Shown here piece after piece: positions 52,344 through 64,000 of a stretch of 64,000 nt of DNA. The stretch is from Squalus acanthias (taxonomy: Eukaryota). Each line of letters starts with the position of its first letter. Within the stretch, counting starts at the first letter, position 1. The translations under genes and the position numbers were made by a program. The DNA lies in NCBI GenBank assembly GCA_030390025.1, contig JASTWF010000034.1, forward strand, positions 248,001-312,000, written 5' to 3'. Below the pieces are notes generated by a model that saw only the letters and a program-made list of their open reading frames with translations, was not told the DNA's origin and made no database searches.

Positions 52344-52620
52344 CAGCCATTTTTCGTTTGGTGCAGATGGGGTGGGCAGCCATTTTGTGCTTGGTGCAGG
52401 GGGGCAGCCATTTTGTGTTTTGTGTGGGGGCCAGCAATTTTGTGTTTGTTGCGGGGGCGGGGAGGGGGCAGCAATTTTGTGTTTTGTGCGGCGGCCAGCA
52501 ATTTGTGTTTGGTGCGGGGGGACAGCAATTTTGTGCTTTGTGCGGTGGTCAGCCATTTTGAGTTTGTTGCGGTGGGGCAGCCATTTTGTGCTTGGTGCGG
52601 AGGGGCAGCCATTTTCTGCT
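52344..52620. repeat. ~28-bp tandem array (x10) of CAGCCATTTTGTG (YY1-like)
   Basis: Cores at ~52344, 52377, 52405, 52433, 52469, 52496, 52523, 52550, 52578, 52606. Confidence 0.75.
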
Positions 52621-53144
52621 TGGTATGGGGGGAGTATTTTACAGAGTTTGTGTTAGTCTGGACATGAATTCAGCCAAATTAAAGTGGGTCGTGTGTTGGA
52701 GCCACACCAGGTAAGTGAGTTACACAAGGGACAAAATAGAGTTTCACCAGCTGGGAGGAAGGAGATTGACAGGACGGGGGTGGGGGGGCGAGTGTAATTA
52801 AACATTAATGGAGATATATGAGGGTTTTATACAGGGAGGCTGTGGAGTTTCACCAAGGGAGTGGAGGGAGGAGTTTCACAGAGGGAGAGATATTCAGGGC
52901 GAAGTGTACAGGGAGCTGGGATGAATTATACAGGGGATGAGGAGATGAACGAGGTGAATTATTCAAGTGGGTGGAATTCACAGGGGGCTGAAACGGGGCA
53001 TTTCAAAGGGGGGCAAATTGTAGGTGGAGATTAAACGGGGTGTGTCATGCGGGGAGCTTCACGAGGGTGTGTAGTATGCTGCGGTACTATGGGGGGATGG
53101 GGAGTTTAATGAGGTGTAGTATACCAGGGGGCAGGTGGTGGAAG

Positions 53145-53800
53145 AATCACAGGGGTATAGTGTACAGGGGGCTGTCACGGGGTATATTATATAGGGTGGT
53201 GTCACAGGGGTATAGTATACAGGGGGTGCCACAGGTTTATATTATACAGGGTTGTGTCACAGGTGTATATTATACAGGGGTGTGCCACAGGGGAATATTG
53301 TACAGGGTGTGTCACAGAGGTATAGTATACAGGGGGTGTCACAGGTGTTTAGTGTACAGGGGGTGTCACAGGGGTATAGTGTACAGGGTGGTGTCACGGG
53401 GGTATTGTATACAGGGGGTGTCACAGGGGTATAGTATACAGGGGGTGTCACAGGGGTATAGTGTACAGGGGGTGTCACGGGGGTATATTATACAGGGTAT
53501 GTCACAGGGGTATTGCATACAGTGGCTGTCACAGGGGAATAGTATCCGGGGTGTGTCACAGGGGTATAGTATACCGGGGGTGTCATGGGGGTATTGCATA
53601 CAGTGAGGTGTCACGTGGTTATAGTATATAGGGTGTGTAACGGGAGTATAGTGTACTGGGGCGTGTCACGGGGGTATAATATATAGGTGGGTGTCACGGG
53701 GGTATAGTATACTGGGGGTATCACGGGGGTATATTATACAGTGGGTGTCACGGGGGTATATTGTACAGGGGGTGTCACAGGGGCATAGTAAACAGGGGTA
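53145..53800. repeat. ~27-bp minisatellite (gtgtcacaggggtatagtatacagggg)
   Basis: More than 20 tandem copies. Confidence 0.93.
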
Positions 53801-54054
53801 TTATACAGTGGAGTGCAAGAGAATATTACAGGGGCATTATACAGGGCGTAGCATACGGGAGAATTATACAGGGGGCTGAACATAAACGGGGTGAATTAGA
53901 CAGCTGAGGGTTGGAATTAACAGGGGTGATTAAAAGGTGCATTTCAGGGGGAGCGGGGGAGTTAGAGATGGGAGAATAAAACTGCCGGGGGCGATAAACG
54001 GCGTGGTGTTGGCGTAACAGCTGGGGTGTGGTAAGACTCACAGGCAGGTAAACC

Positions 54055-54460
54055 ACGGGTTAGATACAGGGTAAAAATCACTCTACACTGCCCCGCAAGA
54101 TACTCCCAGGTCAGGTACAGCATGGGTTAGATAAAGAGTAAAGCTCACTCTACACAGTCCTATTGAACACTCCAAGCGCAGGTACAGCACGCGATAGATA
54201 CAGAGTGAATCTTGCTCTTTACTGTCCCCATCAAACACTCCCAGAGCAGGTATAACACCAGTTAGATAAATAGTAAAGCTTCCTCTACACTGTCCCATCG
54301 AACACTGCCAGGTCAGGTATAACACCAGTTAGATAAAGAGTAAACTCTGTCTACTCAGTCCCACCAAATACAGACAGGGCAGGTATAACACCAGTTAGAT
54401 AAAGGATAACATTCCCTCTACACTCTCCCATCAAACACTCCCAGGGCAGGTACAGGGGTT
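54055..54460. repeat. ~67-bp satellite (also ~54770-54812; inverted at ~32245-32366 and ~33146-33260)
   Basis: caggta at 54112, 54179, 54247, 54314, 54380, 54447. Confidence 0.9.
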
Positions 54461-54464
54461 CGAT

Positions 54465-54760
54465 TATTTAATGGCCATCAATATAAGATAGTCACTAATA
54501 AAACCAACAAGGAATTCAGGTGAAACATCTTCACCCAGAGAGTGTGAGAATGTGGAGATCGCTAACACATGGAGTAATTGAGGCGAATAACATCGTTGCA
54601 TTTTAGGGCAAGCTGTATAAGTACATGAGAGAGAAAGGAATAGAAGGATGTGAGATGAAGTAGGGTGGGAGGAGGTCGTGTGGAGCATAAACACCGGCAT
54701 GGACCTGGTGGGCCGAATAGCCTGTGTCCGTGCTGTAAATACGATGTAATGTAATAGATT
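54465..54760 (+). mobile_element. CR1 3' tail fragment (paralog of 33260-33468)
   Basis: ..gggccgaatagcctgtgtccgtgctgtaaat..(gtaat)n. Confidence 0.8.
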
Positions 54761-54814
54761 AAAGTACCTTCGACATTGCCCCATCAAATACACCCAGGGC
54801 AGGTACAGCATAGA

Positions 54815-54975
54815 CCTTCCCTTTTGTTCTTTCTTCCCATCCCACCCTTTCCCTGCCTCTGTACTTGCTTAAAATCTGTTACAACTGCAACATGTTTCAG
54901 TTCTGATGTAAGGTCATCGATCTGAAACTCTAACTCTGTTTCTCCCTTCACAGATGCTGCCTGACCTGCTGAGCA
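54815..54975 (+). mobile_element. Penelope terminal fragment (paralog of 32095-32245)
   Basis: cagttctgatgtaaggtcatcgatctgaaactctaactctg. Confidence 0.78.
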
Positions 54976-56959
54976 ATATTCCCTGCAAGGTGCGTGGGTG
55001 CGTGGTGATCTGTAAGGTCCCGCGCACTGAAATTCACAGGCCGCGCAGTGAGCTGGAGCAGGCGGAGGAGCCCAATACCCAATAATCCATGAATCCTCAC
55101 AGAGCTTTTTGTGACCTCAAAGAGCCGATCTGAATTGGAATAACATTTGCTGAGATACGGAGCCCTGGAACCCGACGAGCGTTGTCTAAGGATTCTTTCA
55201 GCACTGTTTCCGTGGAGACGCGTGTAGTCCGTTCCCGGGTGACTGAGCGGCGGCCGCACGTTGGAACAACACAGGTGGAGGCGCAGCGCGTATACAATGG
55301 TACAATGGCCGCTGGAAGGAGGCGAAAACAAACATGTTTTAGCACCTCATTGAAACTAAAATATGAACATTTTTTTGATTATTTAATTCAGAAAATTGTT
55401 TAAACCCGCAAAGGGATATGGGAAAGTGATGCTGAATGTGTTGTGCTAAGTTCCAGTTCAATTTTGCCAGGGCTTGTCCCGTTTTTGAAATAGTTTATCA
55501 GGGTTATTTAACTCATGTTGCGAGAGAGGGAGAAATGTTTGTGCTCCCGTTTGTACCTCAGAGTCTGAGAGACGGAGGGAACGGCAGCAGAAAAACAGGA
55601 AACAACATCTCCAAAAGCTGATCCCAACTCATCGCCAATCTGGGGAGAGAGAACCTCACCGCCTTCTTAGGAAGTTTAATCACTTTATTCACTTTCTGAT
55701 TTGAGCTCCGTTTGGAATCAGACTTTATTTTTAGTTTTTTGTTGTATGTTTCACGACAGCATTGAAGGGGGAAGGAGAAACTTGAGCAACTTCTTCTGTC
55801 AAAGCTGCAATGAGACTTGAAAGAATTTAAAGATTTTTAACGAACTTTTCAAAAAAATGAGAGTTAAAAACACTTTTTCCCCCTAAATTTCGAATATGAT
55901 TTTGGAAAATACTGAAGCAAAAGGCAATTTTCCCCTCACCTAAACAAGCTTCAACCAGGTCTTGAAGTCCACACGCTTTTAAAGAGTCACTGAATTGCTT
56001 AAAATGTTTTAAAATTGAAATGTCTCAATATTTGATTTGAGCGATCAAGTGAAGTGAGCAGCTTTACACAAACATGCAGCCATGGTGTTGAGGATGGGGA
56101 GGGCAGGGGAAGATTTGTAGGAGTTACATATTAATTTTTAATTACTTAAAAAATACCATTAAGACATTTAGGAAGAGAACCAAAAAAGGGAAAAGCACAA
56201 ACCATTTTATCTTGCCTGTCGTTCTATAGTCCTAACAAGTCACAGGAATAATGTAAATATAGATTTCCTCTTGAACATTTAGTGAAGTGTTAATAGAAAC
56301 AAGAGCTATGTAATGATGTATAAAAATTGCAGGAAGCTACTTTAGAAGAAACCATTCTTTGTTTATTGAGAAAGACACAGAAAATGCTTCGATTAACCTG
56401 ATAACGTACAATTCGATTTGGTTTCAATGTTAGAAATAGGAGATAAAAAATTGAGAGTACAATGAAGTTCGTTTCCCGCTTTTAATTGCGAAGTACCTAC
56501 AATAATTCAATACTTTTTGTGATAAGAGCAGGGATTAATATTGTGAAGAATGTTTGAGAGAAAAACATTAGAAATGAAATTGTAAATTATAAGTCTTCAC
56601 GTCAACATATGAATAAATATTTCCAAGTCAGTCTGACTGGTTCTCCTGTCCAGGAAGAATGACAAATGTTTATTTCTGTTAAATCTACGCTTTTCCTGGT
56701 TTATGGTTTTTATATCAGTGACGCAAATTCTATGTGTTTTTCTACACTTGTGAATAAGTGCTGCATTTCTAACATGTTACATGGGTGATGTGCTGGTTCA
56801 AGAAAACAACATTTACTGATGGAAATGATTGAAGTTGAAAATACGGATTCCCATTTATTCAGTTCTTTTTAATACTGCGAATTAAAGAACTACATCACTT
56901 TATATTTGTTGATTGTCTGGTTGCATTGTGATTAATATTCTAATAACTTATGTGTACGT

Positions 56960-57785
56960 AACATGTGGTTGGAATATGAAGTTAGCCACTTTGGTAGGAT
57001 ATATAGAAAAGCAGAGTATTTTTAAATGGTGAGAGATTGGGAAATGTGGGTGTTCAGAGGGACCTTGGTGTCCTTCTACACGAATCACAGAATGTTAACC
57101 TGCAGGTACAGCAAGCAATGAGGAAAGCAAATGGTATGTTGGCCTTCATTACAAGAGGATTTGTGTATAAGAGTAAATACGTCTAACTGCAATTATATAG
57201 TGCCCTTGTGAGACCACACCTGTAATACTGTGTACAGTTTTGGTCTCCTTACCGAATGAAGGATATCATTGCCAAAGAGGGCGTGCAACGATGTTTCAGC
57301 GGTCTGGTTCCTGGGATGGGGAATTGTCCTATGAGGAGATATTGAGTAGACTCGGCCTATATTCTCTCGAGTTTAGAAGAATGAGAGGTGATCTCATTGA
57401 AAAAAAACAAAATTCTTACAGGGCTTGACAGGGTAGATGCAGGGAGGATGTTACCCCTGGCTGGGGATTCTACAACCAGGAGTCACAGTCTCAGAATAAG
57501 GAGTCGGCCATTTAAGACTGAGATGAGGAGACATTTCTTCACTCAGAGGGTGGTGAATTTTTGGAATTCCCTAGCCCAGAGGGCTGTGGACGCTCAGTCA
57601 TTGAGTATATTCAAGACAGAGATCGATAGATTCTTGAATATTGAGGGTATCAAGGGATAAGGGGATAGGGCAGGAAAGTGGAGATGAGGTAGAAGATCAG
57701 CTATGATCGTATTGAATGGCAGAGCAGGCTCGAAGGGCCAAATGGCCTACTCCTGCTCCTATTTCTTATGTTCTTATGTTCTTAA
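56960..57785 (+). mobile_element. CR1 3' fragment
   Basis: RRMRGDLIE, FFTQRVVNFWNSL; tail (ttcttatg)n. Confidence 0.9.
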
Positions 57786-57828
57786 AGCTCCCTCAATACT
57801 GACCGATCAAACAATTCCAGGCAGGCGC

Positions 57829-57960
57829 ACAAAAGCAAAATACTTCGGATGCTGGAAATCTGAAGTAAAAATAGAAAATGCTGGAAATACCCAGCAGGTC
57901 AGGCTGCATCTGTGGAGAGAGAAACAGAGTTAACGTTTCTGGTCGTTGAACTTTCACTGG
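57829..57960 (-). mobile_element. Penelope terminal fragment
   Basis: caaaagcaaaatacttcggatgctggaaatctga..gagttaacgtttc. Confidence 0.8.
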
Positions 57961-58723
57961 AATAGGCAGATACACATGGGTTAGAGGCAGAGTAATGCTC
58001 CACTCACCTCACTTTATAACTCTGATAAAACCCACACCATTCACTCTAACACTCTGATATACCCCTTACTTTAATCCTCTCTTACATATCCCAAACTGTC
58101 ACTGTAACAGTCCGTTACACCCAACTCAACTCACTTTAACACTCTGATATACCCGACACACCTCAATGTAATACTTTAATATAACCCACACCCCTCACTG
58201 TAATATTCTGCTATACCCCACAACCCTCACTCTAACACTTTGGTATACCTCACTGCACTCTGATATACCCACACCGTTCACTGAAGCATTCAGATACACC
58301 CCACTCTCTTTCATACCCCAAACCTCTCACTGTAACACACTGATATACCCAACACCCCTCATTGTAACACTCTGATACACCCCACTGTAACATTCTGATA
58401 TAACTCAGACCCCTCACTGTAAAACTCTGATGTACCCGACACCGCTCACTGTAACACTGTGATATAAACCACACCACTCACTGCAACACTCTGATATACC
58501 CCAAACTCCTAACTGTAACTCTCTCTTACGTACCCCAAAACTCTCACTGTAACACACCATTACACCCCATGCCGCTCACTGTAACAATCTCTGATACACT
58601 CCACACCCCTCACGGTAACACTCTGATATACCTCACACCCCTCGCCGTCACACTCTCATACACCTCACACCCCTCAATGTAACACTCTGATATACGCCAC
58701 TCCCCTCGCTGTAACACTGTGAT

Positions 58724-60271
58724 GGAAACCCCGCAGAGGTGCTAAAACATCGGGTGGAAGCACTATTGGCGCGAACACAGTGGCTGAAGAGCTCCTACCA
58801 GAGTTGCAATGTGGATTTGGCCGACTAAGGGGCACAATGAACATGATCTTCACCGCGCGTCAACTACAAGAGAAATGCAGGGAACAGCACCAACCGCTGT
58901 ACATGGCCTTCTTTGACCTCACAGATGCCTTTGACACCATCAACCGTGAAGGATTATGGAGTGACGTCCTCAAATTAGGATGCCCTCAAAAGTTTGTCAC
59001 CACACTCCGCCTGCTTCACGACGACATGCAAGCCGTTATCCTGACCAACGGATCCACCACAGACACAATTCACGTACGGACCGGGCTCAAGCAAGGCTGT
59101 GTCATCACACCAACGCTCTTCTCGATCCTTTTGGCTGCAATGCTCCATCTCACCCTCAGTAAGCTCCATGCTGTAGTGAAGCTAATCTACAGAACAAATG
59201 GGAAACCTTTCAACCTCCGTCACCTCCAGTCCAGATCCAAGGTAGTCCCACCCTATGTCATCGAATTACAGTATGCAGACGACGCTTGTGTCTGCTCACA
59301 CTCTGAGGTGCAAATCCAAACCATCGTCAACACCTTCACCGAAGCATACGAGAGCATGGGCCGTACACTAAACATCTGTAAGGCAAAGGTCCTCTACCAA
59401 CCTGCCCCCGCCACACAGAACTGCTCTCCGATTATCAAAATCCATGACGAGGCCTTGGGCAACGTGGACCACTTTCCATACCTCGGGAGCATACTGTCAA
59501 CAAGGGCAGACGTCGATAACGAAGTCCAACACCGCCTTCAGTGTGCCAGTGCAGCCTTCGGTCGCCTGAGGAAGAGAGTGTTTGAAGAACAGGACCTCAA
59601 AGCCGGCAGTAAGCTCATGGTCTACAGAGCAGCAGTGATATCCGCCCTCCTGTATGCTTCAGAGACATGGACCATGTACAGCAGGCACCTCAAAGCACTG
59701 GAGAGTTGCCACCAACGCTGCCTCCGCAGGATTCTGCAAATCCATTGGCAGGATAGGCGCACCAACATCATCAGTGTTCTCGCTCAGGCCAACATTCCCA
59801 GCATCGAAGCTTTGACCACGCTCAATCAGCTCCGATGGATGGGTCACATCGTCTCTGCATGCCCGATACGAGACTCCCAAAACAAGTGCTCTACTCGGAG
59901 CTCCGACACGGCAAGACAGTCTCAGGTGGGCTGAGGAAACGCTTCAAGGATACGCACAAAGTCTGCATGAAAAAGTGTAACATCCCCACCGACACCTGGG
60001 ATTCCCTGGCCCAAGACCACACAATGTGGATGAGAAGCATTCGGGAAGGCGGCGAACACCTCGAGTCTCTTCGCCGGGAGCAAGTGAAAACCAAGCGCAA
60101 GCAGTGCAAGGAGCACACGTCAACCCAAGCACCCCACCCGCCCCTTCAACCACCGTCTGCCCCAACCTGTGACAGAGACTGTAGGTCCCGCATTGGACTC
60201 ATCAGTCACATAAGAACTCATTTTTAGCGAGAAAGCAAGTCAGCCTCGGTACCGAGGGACTGCCTAAGAAG
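58724..60271 (+). mobile_element. RTE-clade LINE, 5'-truncated
   Basis: QCGFG..RGT..IFTARQLQEKCREQ, GLKQGC, YADD; C-terminal C2H2-like finger (CDRDCRSRIGLISHIRTH); (aag)n tail; likely TSD aacactgtgat/aacactttgat. Confidence 0.92.
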
Positions 60272-60752
60272 AACACTTTGATATACCCACACACCTCATT
60301 GTCACACTCTGATATACCCACACACCTCACTGCAACACTCTGATATACCTCACACACCTCACTGCAACACTCTGATATACCTCACACTCCTCACTGTAAC
60401 ACTCTGATACAACTCACACCCCTCACTGTAACACTCTGATACAGCCCACACCCCTCACTGTAACACTCTGATATACCCCTCACCCCTCACTGTAACACTC
60501 TGATATACCTCACACCCCTCACTGTAACACTCTGATGCAACCCACACCCCTCACTGTAAATCTCTGATATACACCACACCCCTCACTGTAACACTCTGAT
60601 ATCCTCACACCCCTCACTGTAACACTCTGATGCAACCCACACCCCTCACTGTAATTCCCTGATATATCCCACACCGCTCACTGTAACACTCTGAAATTCC
60701 CCACAGCATTCACTTTGACACTCTGATATAAACCTCACTTTAATCCTTTCTT

Positions 60753-62568
60753 ACATATAGAAACATAGAAACATAGAAAATAGGTGCAGGAGTAGACCAT
60801 TCGGTCCTTCGAGCCTGCACCGCCATTCAATTCGTTCATGGCTGAACATGCTACCTCAGTACCCCATTCCTGCTTTTTACGCCATACCCCTTGATCCCCC
60901 TAGTTGTGAGTATTATATCTAACTCCCTTTTGAATATATTTAGCGAACTGGCCTCAACAACCTTCTGTGGTAGAGAATTCCACAGATTCACCACTCTCTG
61001 TGTGAAGAAGTTCCTCCTCATCTCAGTCTTAAATGGCTTCCCCTTTATCCTTAGACTGTGACCCCTGGTTTTAGTTTTCCCTAACATTGAAAACATTCTG
61101 CCCGCATCTAATTTGTCTAAACCAGTCAGGATTTTAAACGTCTCTATAAGATCCCCCCTCATTCTTCTGAACTCCAGAGGATACAAGTTCAGTTGATCCA
61201 GTCTTTCTTGATATGTCAGTCTGGCCATCCCAGGAATCAATCTAGTGAACCTTCGTTGCACTCCCTCAATAGCAAGAATGTCCTTCCTCTAGTTAGGAGA
61301 CCAAAACTGCACACAATACTCCAGGTGTGGCCTCACCAAGGCCCTGTACAACTGTAGCATCACCTCCCTACTCCTGTACTCAAATCCCCTTGCTATGAAG
61401 GCCATCATGCCATTTGCTTTCTTGACTGCATGCTGCACTTGCCTTCCCACCTTCAGTGACTGATGTACCATGACGCCCAGGTCTCGTTGCACCTCCCCTT
61501 TCCCTAATCTGCCACCATTCAGGTATTAGTCTGCCTCCCTATTTTTACCACTAAAGTGGATAACCTCACATTTATCCACATTGTACCTCATCTGCCATAC
61601 ATTTGCCCATTCACCCAACCTGTCCAAGTCACTCTGTAGCCTCCTAGAATCCTCCTCATTGTTCACACTGCCTCCCAATTTAGTGTCATCCGCAAATTTG
61701 GAGATATTACAATTAATCCCTTCGTCCAAATCATTAATATATAATGTAAACAACTGGGGCCCCAGCACCGAACCCTGCGGTACCCCGCTGGTCACTGCCT
61801 GCCATTCTGAAAAGTATCCATTTACTCCTACTCTTTGTTTCCTGTGTGCCAACCAGTTCTCAATCCACGTCAACACATTACCCCCAATCCCATGTGCTTT
61901 AACTTTGCACACCAATCTCTTGTGTGGGACCTTGTCGAAGGCCTTCTGAAAGTCCAAATACACCACATATACTGGTTCCCCCCCCCCGTCCACCCTATTG
62001 GAAACATCCTCAAAAAATTCCCGAAGATTTGTCAAGCATGATTTCCCTTTCAGAAATCCATGCTGACTTGGTCCTATCATGTCGCCACTTTCCAAATGGT
62101 CTGTTATGACATCTTTAATAATTGATTCCATCATTTTACCCACCACCGATGTCAGGTTGACCGGTCTATAATTCCCTGCTTTCTCCATCCCTCCTTTTTT
62201 AAAAAGAGGGGTTACATTAGCCACCCTCCACTCCTTTGGAACTGATCCAGAGTCTAAGGAATGTTGGAAAATGATCGTCAATGCATCCACTATTTCCAAG
62301 GCCACCTCCTTAAGTACTCTGGGATGCAGACCATCAGGCCCTGGGGATTTATCAGCCTTCAGTCCCATCAATTTCCCCAACACCTTTTCCCGACTGATAA
62401 GGATTTCCCTCAGCTCCTCCCTCTTACCAGATCGTTTGATCTCTTTTATTTCCGGAAGGTTGTTTGTGTCGTCCACAGTAAACACCGAACCAAAGTACTT
62501 GTTCAATTGATCTGCCATTTCTTTGTTCCCCATTATGACTTCCCCTGCTTCTGACTGCAGGGGACCTA
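60753..62568 (-). mobile_element. CR1 RT-to-tail copy
   Basis: ORFs 61526..62596, 61289..61492 and 60851..61261 are in one frame broken by stops; (catagaaa)n tail. Confidence 0.94.
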
Positions 62569-63149
62569 TTCCAAACCTCTCACTGTAACAGACCAATATA
62601 AGTCACTCTTCTCAATTTAACACTCTTATATACACCACAACCCTCGCTGTAACACTCTGATATATCACATACCCCTCACTGTAACACTCTGATATATCAC
62701 ACACCCCTCACTGTAACACTCTGATATATCACACACCATTCACTGTAACACTGATAGACCCCACACCACTCACTGTAACACGCTGATAAACCCCACACCC
62801 CTCACTGTAACAGTCTGAAATACACCAACCCCCTCACTGTAACACTCTGATACACCCCTCACTGTAACGCTCTCTTACATACTGATGCACCCCACACCAC
62901 TCACTGTTGTCACTGCCACTTTAATCCCTTGGGCTTCAATTTCGGTAATATGTAATACTTTATCAAGCACCTTTTCTAAAGATAAGGGAATTGGGAAAGT
63001 GTGAGTAGTATCAGTCATACAACCATAGAATTGGAGATCCAAGTGGTGTTGACAATTTGTTTAGCGAACTTGAAGCCCCACTCTGATCAAAGGTCTCGTC
63101 TGGTTTCAATCAATGAATTATAAAATCATTGCTTTTAATCCTATTTTAT

Positions 63150-63350
63150 TATTTCTATGTATTTGTTCTGAGGATATGGGTAACACTGTCAAGGCCGGTA
63201 TTACTTGACTATCCCTAGTTACCCATGTGAAAATGGTGGGCCTTCATCTTGAGCCGCTGCAGTCCGTGTAGTCAAGCTACTCCCACAATATAGTTACGGA
63301 AGGAATTTCAGGCTTTTGACCCAGTGACGATGATGGAACGACGATATATT
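63150..63350 (-). mobile_element. Family-D LINE 3' fragment
   Basis: Similar to ~29860-30045. Confidence 0.7.
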
Positions 63351-63351
63351 T

Positions 63352-63760
63352 GAGCGGAAAGGTAGCATAGTGTTTATGTTGCTGGACTAGTAAACCAGAT
63401 TCATGGACAAATTATCCAGAGTTCAAGTCCCACCAGCTGGGGAATTTAAATTGTATTAATGAAACAAATCGGGAATAAAATGCTAGTGTCAGTAAGTGTG
63501 ACCATGAAAGTACCGGATTGTCGTATAAACCCATCTGGTTCACCGATGGCCATTAGAGAAGGAAATATGCCGTCCTTATCCTGGACTGGCTGAAATGTGA
63601 CTCCAGACCCACTGCAATGTGGTTGATTCTTAACTGGTCTCTGACATGGCCCAGCAAGACACTTGCTTGTCTCAGGCGGCTGACCACCACCTTCTCAAGG
63701 GCAATTAGGGATGGGCAATAAATGCTGGCCTTGCCAGCGACGCCCACATCACAGGAATGA
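63352..63760 (+). mobile_element. tRNA-derived SINE with a family-D LINE tail
   Basis: A-box-like tagcatagtg, B-box gagttcaagtcc (~63419), tail ..gggcaataaatgctggccttgccagcgacgcccacatc. Confidence 0.8.
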
Positions 63761-64000
63761 TTTTTAAAAATGATTTATTAAGTGTCATAATGATTTACAA
63801 AGCGTCATAATATTTTATTAATAGTCATAATGATTTGTAAATGTTATAACAGTTCTGTAAAGTGGTGTAATGATTTTAAAGCATTATAAAGGTTTAGAAT
63901 GATTAATAAAGTCCTGATGCTGGGCCTCCTCCTCCCCGGGCGGGGCTGCTCGGGCTCCTGTGGGCCGGGCTGCTTACCTCGCCGCCCGCTCTCACGGTAA

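Larger units (their letters stand above)
58000..62910. repeat. ~32-bp satellite (cctcactgtaacactctgatataccccacacc), split by two LINEs
   Basis: Arrays at ~58000-58723, 60272-60750, 62570-62910. Confidence 0.92.

Noticed and set aside
53040..53879. QGVSQGYSI-repeat ORFs
   Set aside because: Translation of the 27-bp minisatellite with frequent frame slips
55400..56730. Faint peptide resemblance to FDXACB1 (REGEMFV, FPLEHL, MFISV)
   Set aside because: Short matches recalled from memory, inconsistent spacing and many stops; not supportable without a search

Overview
Repeat-dense vertebrate genomic DNA. The CR1/L2/Penelope/SINE complement and the receptor type point to a cartilaginous fish (inference). 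One apparently intact protein-coding gene is present: a two-exon class-A GPCR of the GPR139/GPR142-like type (exon 1 13353-13533, 13.6-kb phase-1 intron, exon 2 27147-28048, 360 aa). The rest is mostly a nested stack of CR1 LINEs, Penelope-like elements carrying minimal hammerhead-ribozyme motifs, an RTE LINE, SINEs, a decayed PIF/Harbinger transposon with a non-autonomous relative, three copies of a ~0.7-kb MITE with AAT/ATT target duplications, and several satellites. Higher-order structure includes a diverged inverted segmental duplication (~28400-33470 vs ~54550-64000+), two tandem YY1-motif arrays, and a mosaic of repeated unique-looking modules at ~37700-46270 around a 2.9-kb polypurine tract. 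Repeat boundaries without a stated target-site duplication are approximate.
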